Assembly: GCA_016715815.1 (NCBI GenBank)
Contig: JADJXN010000007.1
Span: 5,549 to 69,548 of the forward strand
Reading direction: 5' to 3'
Origin: Oligoflexia bacterium
GTDB taxonomy: Bacteria > Bdellovibrionota > Bdellovibrionia > JABDDW01
DNA length: 64,000 nt
The notes beneath the pieces were generated by a model. It was not told the DNA's origin. It saw only the letters and a list, made by a program, of their open reading frames with translations, and made no database searches. Both the position numbers and the translations under genes were made by a program. Each line of letters opens with the position of its first letter. Position 1 is the stretch's first letter. Of this stretch, positions 49,653 to 59,200 are shown piece after piece.

Positions 49653-50951
49653 ATGGATTTGTCTCTTGTAATACCCTGTTATAACGAGGCACTGTATTTA
49701 AAAAATAATTTTAATGCTCTGGTTAGTGTATTAAAGCAGACTAGCTATGAGTTTGAAATTATTTTTGTTGATGATTGCAGTACAGATAACACAAAAGAGA
49801 TCATTGGCGAAATTAGTAACTCAAGCCATAATTGTAAAGCCATATTTAATTTAAAAAACTTAGGCAGAGGCACTTCTTTTAAGCAAGGCTTTTCAGTGGC
49901 TGAGGGGCGAATTATTGGCTTTATTGATATCGATTTAGAAATAGCCCCCCATTATATTCTTGATCTCATTTCCAAAATTGATAAAGAAGGTTTTGATTTA
50001 TCACTTGGCCGGCGCTTTTTGTTTTATGGCTTTCAAAAACCAATACGTAATATTTTTTCCCTTCTTTGTAGATATTTCTGCTCTCTAGTACTTGGAACGC
50101 AAAATTACGACACCCAAGTTGGATGTAAGTTTTTTAATGGCCATACGGCGCGACCGAGTATTTTAGAAAGTAAAAGTAGTAGTTGGTTTTGGGATACAGA
50201 AGTTATATTTATGGCGCAATTAAATAAACTAAAGATTGTTGACATTCCAGTTCGCTATAGACCGCTTAAAAATAAAAAATCAACAGTGAGAATTATTCCT
50301 GACACGATTAAATTTATACAAGGGGTGCGTGAACTAAGGCGCAAAATGGGATTGAGTTTATCTAATCGCTCCCCCATATATTGGAGCAATAAAGGGTATA
50401 ACTTTATTATGCAACTATTGACTGGGAAGAGTTTTCAACAATCTTTTTCAAAAGTGGCAGAGCTTATTCCAGAAAGTGCTTCGGTTATTGATGTTTGTTG
50501 TGGAACTGGAGAGTTTTATTATAAACATTTAAAACAAAAAAATTGTGATTATAGAGGGCTTGACTATAATTATCGTTTTGTAAAAGGCATTAATAAAAGA
50601 GGGGTAAAATCAAACTTGTCTGATGTTCGTTATGAGAAAATCCCGGCTTGTGACTATGTTGTTATGGTTTCAAGTTTTTATCATTTTAAAAAACAAAAAA
50701 ATGAAATATTAAAAAACATGCGAGCCTCGGCTCAAAAGGCGGTAATTATTAGTGAGCCTGTGCACAATTTTTCGCGGCACCGTATTGGTTTTGTGTCAAA
50801 GGTGGCAGTTATGCTAAGTAAGCCTGGGGAAGGGGAGTATATGGAACGCTTTAATTTAAAAGAGTTTCAAGAATTTGCACAAGCGGAAGGAGCAACAGAG
50901 TTTTATTTTAACTCTAAAGATAAAAATGCCATTGCGGTTTTTAAAACTTGA
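49653..50951 (+). CDS. bifunctional GT2 glycosyltransferase / class I SAM methyltransferase
   Basis: N-terminus LVIPCYNEALYL...FVDDCSTDNT (GT2); C-terminus VIDVCCGTGEF (SAM motif I). Confidence 0.7.
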   Translation: MDLSLVIPCYNEALYLKNNFNALVSVLKQTSYEFEIIFVDDCSTDNTKEIIGEISNSSHNCKAIFNLKNLGRGTSFKQGFSVAEGRIIGFIDIDLEIAPHYILDLISKIDKEGFDLSLGRRFLFYGFQKPIRNIFSLLCRYFCSLVLGTQNYDTQVGCKFFNGHTARPSILESKSSSWFWDTEVIFMAQLNKLKIVDIPVRYRPLKNKKSTVRIIPDTIKFIQGVRELRRKMGLSLSNRSPIYWSNKGYNFIMQLLTGKSFQQSFSKVAELIPESASVIDVCCGTGEFYYKHLKQKNCDYRGLDYNYRFVKGINKRGVKSNLSDVRYEKIPACDYVVMVSSFYHFKKQKNEILKNMRASAQKAVIISEPVHNFSRHRIGFVSKVAVMLSKPGEGEYMERFNLKEFQEFAQAEGATEFYFNSKDKNAIAVFKT

Positions 50952-50976
50952 GCCTATTTTAGAGGTTACATAAAAA

Positions 50977-51759
50977 ATGTCAAAAATCAGTGTTGTTATT
51001 CCAGTTTATAATCAGTCGCACTTTACAAAGAGATGCTTGCCATCTTTAATTGATGGAGCGGTTGAGCCGCAAGAGCTAATTATTATCGATAACAACTCAA
51101 CTGACGACACACCAAAATATTTAAAAGAGTTTCAAGAATATGCAGAAAATAAAAATTGGAAGATGCAAATTATTACAAACCCCCAAAATGTGGGTGTGGG
51201 GGCGGCGTTTAATCAAGGTATTAAGGCGGCAAGTGCGGAGTATGTAGCCCTTGGCAATAACGACACTTGGATTATGCCCGGCTGGGACAACGCTTTAATT
51301 AACGCTATTGAAACTTTGAAAGCCGACATGGTAGGCCCTCATTTTGACGAGAGCTTATTTAATGAAAAGGAAATTTTAGAAAAGGCAAAAAAATTTGTTA
51401 AAAAAAATCACGGACGTGCAACGCGCGAGTGGGCTGTTATTTTAATGATGTTTAAAAAAGAAGTTTTTGAAAAAATTGGTCTTTTTGATGAGCGCTTTTT
51501 TATCACCTACGAAGATCGTGACCTAAGAGAGAGAATGGACCGTGCCGGTATGAAGTATTATAAAACTGGTAATTGTTATATTTGGCATCATTCAAAAGGT
51601 ACCCGCGATGCCGGTGGTGTTGTTTCTAATTATGAGGCTGATAGTTTAAAAAAATTTATTGAAAAGTGGGGCTTTGACCCAAGGCCACAGGAAAACACAC
51701 TTTTATACCGCTACAAACGCAAATGGGTACGCTTTAAAAATCGGCTAGGTTATCTTTAA
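50977..51759 (+). CDS. glycosyltransferase family 2
   Basis: ISVVIPVYNQSHFTKRCL...IIIDNNSTDDT... Confidence 0.8.
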   Translation: MSKISVVIPVYNQSHFTKRCLPSLIDGAVEPQELIIIDNNSTDDTPKYLKEFQEYAENKNWKMQIITNPQNVGVGAAFNQGIKAASAEYVALGNNDTWIMPGWDNALINAIETLKADMVGPHFDESLFNEKEILEKAKKFVKKNHGRATREWAVILMMFKKEVFEKIGLFDERFFITYEDRDLRERMDRAGMKYYKTGNCYIWHHSKGTRDAGGVVSNYEADSLKKFIEKWGFDPRPQENTLLYRYKRKWVRFKNRLGYL

Positions 51760-52837
51760 TAATTTCAGCAGCTAACTTTATTCCTTCTGGGTTCCAGTGG
51801 GTGTCATCCAGCCAATAAATATACTTATTATTTTTCAATAATTTTTCTGCAACAACTTGAAACTGAGGAAGTAAATTAATGCTATGAACTTTATTTTTGC
51901 TAAGCTCATTTGAAAGCTGATTTAAATAGGGCTCACTATTTGTTGTGCTTTGGTTTTTGTTCAAATTTGCATAAACAGTGTATTTTTCAGGAACAAGTAC
52001 AACGTGTAGGGTGATTTGTTTTTTTGCTAATAATTTTTTAAGTTCTGTAAAATACTGTGTATCACTAGTTATCTGATTAAAGCTTGGGTGATTGTACTTC
52101 TCTATTTGTGAGGGTGGGTAAATTATTTCCGCATTATTTATTAATTTTTCAATTTTTACATTTGATTCAAAGCGATTTGGAAAAATATTTTTAGTTACAA
52201 AACTCTTTTCAAAGCGAGATGAAATAATCTCAAGGGGGTTAAAATTTTTATAGTAATCAAACAAAATTTTTAATTTGCTAAAAAAACTATTATCTAAAGT
52301 CTTGTTAAAATCCTTTATCTCCTCAGGACTTCTGTGGTGTCTTTCAAGGTGAAAAAACAAAAGAGCCTTGGGAGTTGTTGTTAAATTTTTTAAAAGCCAA
52401 GCTAAATATTCAAGCTCAAGTTTTCCGGCCCCATTATAAACATGAGCATTTAATGCTTTTGATAGCTGCTCTGCTGGAATCTGCTCTTGTGAAACGCCCT
52501 CGCCAAAAGTAAAGGAATCGCCATAAATAAGAATATCATTTTTTTGATTAAATACATCTAAAGTATTTCTGTAGCCCCATGGATCTGTAATAAATATTTC
52601 TGAGCGGTATTGACAAAAATCCATGCGGTTTGAAAGTTTTGCCAAGTCTCCACAAATAGCATTTTTTTGCATATTAAAATTGGCTTCAAAAGGTGCCGCG
52701 GGAAGGCGTCTTAAACTGGCGCACTCAAGGGCTCTTGTGCAAAACACTGTGGGAGATAATGAGCGCGGCAAAGTATAAGCTGCTAAAAAAAGAGCGTATA
52801 CTATTAAAACTATTTTTATAAAGCCTAAATTCCTCAT
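51734..52837 (-). CDS. AlgJ/AlgX-like DHHW-motif SGNH protein (MBOAT partner)
   Basis: N-terminal anchor; LDDTHWNPEG (DxHW signature) near the C-terminus; immediately downstream of an MBOAT gene. Confidence 0.6.
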   Translation of the reverse strand: MRNLGFIKIVLIVYALFLAAYTLPRSLSPTVFCTRALECASLRRLPAAPFEANFNMQKNAICGDLAKLSNRMDFCQYRSEIFITDPWGYRNTLDVFNQKNDILIYGDSFTFGEGVSQEQIPAEQLSKALNAHVYNGAGKLELEYLAWLLKNLTTTPKALLFFHLERHHRSPEEIKDFNKTLDNSFFSKLKILFDYYKNFNPLEIISSRFEKSFVTKNIFPNRFESNVKIEKLINNAEIIYPPSQIEKYNHPSFNQITSDTQYFTELKKLLAKKQITLHVVLVPEKYTVYANLNKNQSTTNSEPYLNQLSNELSKNKVHSINLLPQFQVVAEKLLKNNKYIYWLDDTHWNPEGIKLAAEIIKDNLADF

Positions 52838-52846
52838 ATCCCTTTC

Positions 52847-54217
52847 TTAAAACTGAAAATATAAAAATGGTGAATTATTATTTGCCAAAATTCTTACTAG
52901 TGAGATTAAAAATAAAGCTGCCATGGCCCAAGATTTAATTTTGCCATATTTATGTTTAAGCTCAAAGGTATTGGGCATTGTATGGGCTATAATAATGCTT
53001 AATGCTACAACACAGGCCAGAGTTTGCCACTGAGCTGGCATAGCACCTGGCATTTGGCCAAACATTTTATTTAAAATTAAAAATGAAGTAGCCATATCAG
53101 GGGATCTAAAAAAGACCCAGGCAATAACAACCAATAAAAAGGTGATCATCTTTGCAACAAAGGGTGAAAGCTTGGCATTACCAAACTCTTTCCATAAGTG
53201 GTTTATAATCAAATAAATTCCATGCAAAGCGCCCCAAATAATAAATGTCCAGTTGGCTCCATGCCAAAGACCGCCTAAAAGCATAGTGATAAATAAATTT
53301 ATTTTAGTTCTCAAAGGTGAGATTCTGTTTCCCCCAAGGGGAATATATAAATAATCTCTTAGCCAAGTAGAAAGGCTAATGTGCCAGCGGCGCCAAAAAT
53401 CAGAAATATCTATGGCCTTATAGGGTGAGTTGAAATTTTGTGGAATTCTAATTCCAAACATGTAACCAAGGCCTACGGCCATGTCACTGTAGCCAGAAAA
53501 GTCAAAATACAGCTGATACGTATAGCCCAGCATTATAAGCCAAGTGCCAGAGCTGCTAAGAGTATTTATATTTAAAAATGCTGGGTCAATAATAGCGGCA
53601 ATGCTATCTGCGATGAGTACTTTTTTAAAAAGCCCAATAAGAAAAAAGCTAAAACCCTCATTAATTTTGGAAAATTTGTCAGACTTATCAATTTTCTCTA
53701 AATCTTCCTCAATTTGCCTAAAGCGCACAATGGGCCCTGCGACAAGTTGAGAAAATAAAGAAACATAACAAGAAAATTCAAAAAAGTTTTTTGTAGGCTT
53801 AATAGTTCCGCGGTAGGCATCAATAATGTAGCTCATGGTGTGAAAGGTGTAAAAAGATATACCAACTGGTAAAATTATTTTTAAAGCTGGCAAATCAACA
53901 GCCCAGTGCATATTATCTGCAAAGAAATTATAATATTTAAAAAAACCTAAAAGCGCTAAATCAACACTAATGGCTAAAACCATAGCCCTTTTTTTAAGTA
54001 TTTTATTTTTAGCTTTTAAAATATAAAGGCCTGCAAAATAACTTACCAAAGTTGAAAAAAGCATTAATAGGCAAAACCGCGCATCCCACCAACCATAAAA
54101 AACATAGCCAGTAAGAGTGAGCCAAAAGTAGCGCTCAGTTTTGGTTTTAAGGTTCCAAAAAACAAAATAAGTTATGGGTAAAAAGGCAAATAAAAAGACA
54201 ACACTGTTAAAGAGCAT
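52847..54217 (-). CDS. MBOAT-family membrane-bound O-acyltransferase (AlgI-like)
   Basis: FSGYSDMAVGLGYMFGIRIPQNFNSPY...FWRRWHISLSTWLRDY; paralogous to 40856..42337. Confidence 0.85.
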   Translation of the reverse strand: MLFNSVVFLFAFLPITYFVFWNLKTKTERYFWLTLTGYVFYGWWDARFCLLMLFSTLVSYFAGLYILKAKNKILKKRAMVLAISVDLALLGFFKYYNFFADNMHWAVDLPALKIILPVGISFYTFHTMSYIIDAYRGTIKPTKNFFEFSCYVSLFSQLVAGPIVRFRQIEEDLEKIDKSDKFSKINEGFSFFLIGLFKKVLIADSIAAIIDPAFLNINTLSSSGTWLIMLGYTYQLYFDFSGYSDMAVGLGYMFGIRIPQNFNSPYKAIDISDFWRRWHISLSTWLRDYLYIPLGGNRISPLRTKINLFITMLLGGLWHGANWTFIIWGALHGIYLIINHLWKEFGNAKLSPFVAKMITFLLVVIAWVFFRSPDMATSFLILNKMFGQMPGAMPAQWQTLACVVALSIIIAHTMPNTFELKHKYGKIKSWAMAALFLISLVRILANNNSPFLYFQF

Positions 54218-54220
54218 TAT

Positions 54221-55453
54221 TTATTCTAAAATTTTTGTTTCCGGAATGAAGACAACAAATTTTGCGCCCCAATCTTTGATGTAGGAATGTTTTTTGGCAA
54301 TCTCGTCTTTAAAATTCCATGGCAAAATAACAACATAATCTGGTTTTTCTTCCTTTAAAGCATGGGCAGCTTTAATTGGAATATGTGTTCCAGGTAAAAA
54401 GCGTCCTTGTTTTGCGGGAGTGTCATCTACGGTAAAGTCTATAAAATCAGATCTAATGCCACAAAAATTTAAAAATGTGTTTCCTTTTGCTGGGGCACCA
54501 AAGCCTGCAATCTTTTTTCCTTGGTTTTTTGCTTTAATTAAAAAATCAAGGGCTGATCTTTTTGTTTTATGTACTTTTTCTTTAAAAGAAAAATAATACT
54601 CTTTATTTTTCATCCCAGCAGTTTCTTCTTTTTTATTCAAATCTAAAAGACGCTGAGACATTTGTTTTTTTAATTCTTTATGGGTTGCATAAATTCTTAA
54701 AGAGCCACCGTGAGTGGGTAGTTCTTCACAATCAAAAATTTCAAGACCATGATGCAAAAATATTCCAGAAACAGCGTGAAGAGAAAAATAAGAAAAATGC
54801 TCATGATAAATGGTATCAAACTGGTTGTGAGTCATAAGTTGGTAAAGGTGTGGAAATTCCATGGTGATTACACCTTTTGGTTTTAAAGCGCGCTTCATTC
54901 CAGCAACAAAATCATTAATATCTGGTACATGGGCTAAAACATTATTGCCAATAAGTAAATCTGCTTGCTTATTGTCTTCACAAAGCTCAATGGCAGTTTG
55001 TACGCCAAAAAATTTCACTTCAGTGGGTATTCCCTTATTAAGGGCTTTAACTGCAACATTAGCTGCCGGTTCTACACCCAAAACAGGAATGCCTTTTTCT
55101 TTAAAGTATTGAAGTAAGTAGCCATCGTTTGATGCTAATTCAACAACTTGGCTGGCGGATGTAAGTTTAAAGCGATCAATGGCCATTTCTGCATATTTTT
55201 TTGAATGCTCTAACCAAGTTTGGGAGTAAGATGAGAAATAAGCATAATCGGTAAAAATATGAGCTGGACTTTGTACCTCCTCTACCTGAACCAAATGACA
55301 CTTATGGCAAAGGTACAAGCAAAGTGGGTAAAAGGGCTCCATGTGGTGAATGTGGCTCAAAGGTAAGTAACTATTGGCCAGTGGTGACATACCAAGGTCA
55401 ATGATGACGTCTTTCAAAGTTGTTTTACAGAACCTGCATTCTGGACTGCTCAT
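54221..55453 (-). CDS. class I SAM-dependent methyltransferase with N-terminal zinc-ribbon (sugar C-methyltransferase-like)
   Basis: CRFC...CHKC zinc-binding N-terminus; SAM motif I VVELASNDGY; C-terminal domain typical of the TylCIII-like C-methyltransferase family. Confidence 0.7.
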   Translation of the reverse strand: MSSPECRFCKTTLKDVIIDLGMSPLANSYLPLSHIHHMEPFYPLCLYLCHKCHLVQVEEVQSPAHIFTDYAYFSSYSQTWLEHSKKYAEMAIDRFKLTSASQVVELASNDGYLLQYFKEKGIPVLGVEPAANVAVKALNKGIPTEVKFFGVQTAIELCEDNKQADLLIGNNVLAHVPDINDFVAGMKRALKPKGVITMEFPHLYQLMTHNQFDTIYHEHFSYFSLHAVSGIFLHHGLEIFDCEELPTHGGSLRIYATHKELKKQMSQRLLDLNKKEETAGMKNKEYYFSFKEKVHKTKRSALDFLIKAKNQGKKIAGFGAPAKGNTFLNFCGIRSDFIDFTVDDTPAKQGRFLPGTHIPIKAAHALKEEKPDYVVILPWNFKDEIAKKHSYIKDWGAKFVVFIPETKILE

Positions 55454-55458
55454 GATGG

Positions 55459-56226
55459 ATGTTATATTATAATAATGTTTGGGCTTTCAAGGAGGAATTT
55501 ATGTCCAAAAAAACTTGGCATGTGCACATGAGTGGGCAAACATTAGGGCCGCTTACCACTGAGGCTGTTAAAACCATGCTAAGCCAAATGCGCCTGCATT
55601 TTGTGGATTATATTTGGACACAAGGTTTTACCAAATGGTTAAGAATTAACGAAGTTGATGATTTTATGTCCCTTATGCCAAGCTACCCTCAAGAGTCCAT
55701 ACCGAGTGTTGCAAAAGAAAGTAAAGATATGGCTGAGGAAGAAGTTGTTGTGCCACTGAAGCCTAAAAAAGCGTTGGCGCCAAAAACTACATCTAAATCT
55801 TCTCCTAAGGCCTCTCCCGCACCCACTCTAAAGCCAGCACCTGAGCCAATTGAAGAAGAAGCGCTAGAGCCTGAGCCACCGGCACCGCCCCCAGTGCCTG
55901 CTAAAAAAGTTTGGCCAAAAGAGAGAAGGACAATAAGAGTTAAGCTTGAGGGCGGAGTAAATATCTCAAAAATTGGGGAGTATGTGCTGGTTGATATTAG
56001 TGAGGGTGGAGTTTTCGTTAAAGCACAAAAAAATTTAGAAATTGGAACTGAAGTTAAGTTTTCACTGCGCTCAAATCTGACAAAAGAAGTTCTTCATTTA
56101 ACGGGTGTGGTTATTAGACATGGTATTAGCCACAATGAGCAGGGTTTTGCCATTGAGTTTACCCGCCTTAACCCCAGCTACAAACGCCTCATTAAGCAAT
56201 ACGTGGCTCAATTTAATGTTGAGTAA
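55459..56226 (+). CDS. DUF4339(GYF-like)-PilZ domain protein (c-di-GMP effector candidate)
   Basis: N-terminus WHVHMSGQTLGPLT...; Pro-rich linker; PilZ motifs RRTIR and DISEGG. Confidence 0.65.
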   Translation: MLYYNNVWAFKEEFMSKKTWHVHMSGQTLGPLTTEAVKTMLSQMRLHFVDYIWTQGFTKWLRINEVDDFMSLMPSYPQESIPSVAKESKDMAEEEVVVPLKPKKALAPKTTSKSSPKASPAPTLKPAPEPIEEEALEPEPPAPPPVPAKKVWPKERRTIRVKLEGGVNISKIGEYVLVDISEGGVFVKAQKNLEIGTEVKFSLRSNLTKEVLHLTGVVIRHGISHNEQGFAIEFTRLNPSYKRLIKQYVAQFNVE

Positions 56227-59200
56227 ATTATTAGTTCTTATAACTCTGTTTTGTTTTTCACATTTAGCTAGTGCTGATGCTTTAGATAATTTAATACAAA
56301 ACTCAAAGTGGGATGATGCTGTTCAAACTTCTTTTGAAATAACAAAAAAAAACCCTAATAACCATGATGCCAGGCTAAAAGGGGCTTATGCATTATTTCA
56401 AAAAGGGTATTTTAATTCTGCACTAGTGTATTTAAAAAGTATCCCCATGGCTGAGTGGAAAAAGCTACCACAGGGAAAAGATAAACTTGTAGAAGTTGTT
56501 TTGTTATTTCAAAAAAAAATGCCAGCCCAATTTATTCCCTGGCGCCTAGATCAACTTCCAACAGATATTTCTTCAAATGTAACGGCTGATGAATTAAATT
56601 ATGCAAAAGCAAGACTGGCTTTTGAGTCTGGCAATGATGCTTTAGCAGAAAAGCTTTTTTTGCAAATTAACTCAGGCTCTAGATACTATGCGGCAAGTCT
56701 TTATTTGCTGGGTTCTATTAAAGTTAAACAAACTGACTATGCTCAGGCACACTTTTATTTTTCTAAAGTTTTTGAACCAGTGGTTTTTGAAAAATCAACT
56801 GAGTTTTGGAAAGATGTTTCATCTGAAATGACATCCCACTGGGGGGCTAATTTAAAAATTCAATTCACAGCAGATCCACTTTTGCAAATTAAGCGAATTG
56901 GTGAGCTTTCAATGCTAGGGCTTGCAAGGCTTGCCTATGCTCAGAAAAAATTTGACCTTGCTCTTGAAAGATACTCTAAAGTTCCATCAAGCTCTAAGTA
57001 TTATAACCGGGCTAACATAGAAAAAGTTTGGGCTCTACTTTCTATGGCAAAGCACCAAGAGGCCGAAGCCCTAGCATCAAAACTAGAGTTTGAAAGTGCA
57101 GGGGTTGAGTCTATGGAGGCTAAAATATTAAAAGCCCTTATTATGGCCGACGCTGGTATGAGCGAAAAGGCAAGGTCTGAAATTAATGAATTTCAAAAAA
57201 AATACCTTGAATCAAAAAAAGATATTACCCCCTTTTTAAATTTAAAAAATGATCAAAGAATACAGGCCTTAGAAGAAAGTCAGAAAAATATTAAATCTGA
57301 AATTGAAGATTTGAAAAAAGAGGAATTAAGAATTTATTCTGCTTACAAAAAATTTGCCTCAGATTTAGAGGCTTTAAAATTTCAATCCGCAAATTTAATT
57401 GCCAGGTGGAATAAGGAAAAAGCAGTTAATGCCAGGGCGGATTTAGATAAGTTTTATTTGCAGTCAAAACTAATAAAAGCCGAAACCTACTTAGAGGAAC
57501 ACCATAAATTAAAATTAGAATTTAAAAAAACTGGAGCAGGTATTGACCTTAAAAAACAATCGGAGTATGAGGCACGTCTGGCAGATTTATTAGAAAAAGC
57601 TTCTGAGCAAGTTGGTGGGATGGACCAATCTTTAAATTTAAAATTCAGACAAAGTGAAATTATTTGGGAATTAGGAACTACTAAAATAATTCTAGGCCAG
57701 GAAAATGAAGGGGAAAAATTAAGAGAGCAGGCCACAAAAATTATAGAAGGTATAGCTAACCAAAAATTTAATAAGCAAGACCAGGCTCTTTTCTTTTTAG
57801 GTTTTGCTTACATGGAAACCGGGCGAACAAATGAGTCTATGCAAGTATTTAGAGATTATGTAAAGCGCTTTCCCCAGCATGTGCATGTGCCAGATGCATA
57901 TAGAATATTGGGGGATCAAAACTTTGATGAGAATAAATTTGTCCAAGCTGAAAATGATTATAAGCAAGTTTTGCAATTTGCAGATTCTCCTTTTGTTGGC
58001 TACGCGCTTTATAAATTAGGTTGGTCTGGTTACAATTTAAGAGCTTATGGTCGTGCACTTTTGGGTTTAGAAGAAGCCTATTTATGGACTAAAAAATCAG
58101 CCCAAACCGGTGGGGAGCTTTTAAGCCTTCAGCGTGAGGCAAGGCGGGATCTGATTTCAGTTTATGCGGAACTAGGAGATCACAAAAAGGCTTTTGAATA
58201 TTTTAAAAATATTGACCAAGATTATCTTCCTTGGATTTTAGAGCTTGTGAAGCAGCTAGAGCAAAATGGTCAGTATGAAAAGACTCAAGACCTCTATGCT
58301 CAGCTCATACAAGCAGATCCAAAATCTAAAAATGCAATGCTTTATCAAGCTGGAATTATTTATTCAGCCTATAGGCTTCAGCGTTGGCAAATTGTTGAAA
58401 CAACCCTTTTTGATTTATTAAATAATTATTCCGACCAGCTTAAAAACCCTACAAAAGAAGAAACAACTGAGGCAAAAGTAGAAGCCATTATTAGAGAAGC
58501 GGTAACAGCACATTTAAATGATTTTAAAGCCTCTGTTTTAGACGCAGTAAAGGAAAGAATTGTAAAATTAAATTCAACTTATTTAGGGGCGTTTGAAAAA
58601 TGGCCCCAGTCACAAAACCTGCTCTACAGACATGCTCAATACTTATTTGAAAATAATAATATTAAAGCCGCTCAAAATTGTTTTGAAAACCATTGGCTTT
58701 GGTTTAAAAATGAAATTAAAGACCCTTTAAAAGAGGAGGCCTTGAGAAACTTAATTTCAACTTTGGGCCGCTTAGAAGATTTAAACAAGGACAGTATTAC
58801 AAAATTAACATCTGAGGCTGAAAAGATAATTAACTTCACAACAGAGTATGAAAAACTCTACCCTGAGACCAAATACACCCGTACCATTTTATTTTTAAAA
58901 GCGTCTATCTTTTTGAAATTTAAAAAGCTTGAAGAAGGAATTAAAATTAGCCAGCAATTATTAGATGACAAAGCGGATGACGATATTACAAAAAAATCTT
59001 TTAAAAACCTGGCTAAAGCTTACTACGAATTAAGGGATTGGGAGCGTACCTATAATTGGGCTTTAAAAACTAAGGGCCCCAAAAATGAGCTTCAAATAAT
59101 AAAAGAAGAATCTTATTTCTTATGGGCGCAAGGAATTACGGATCCTAAAAAGGCTTCTGAATTATATTTAAAAATTGCACAAAATCCAGATATGGCAAAG

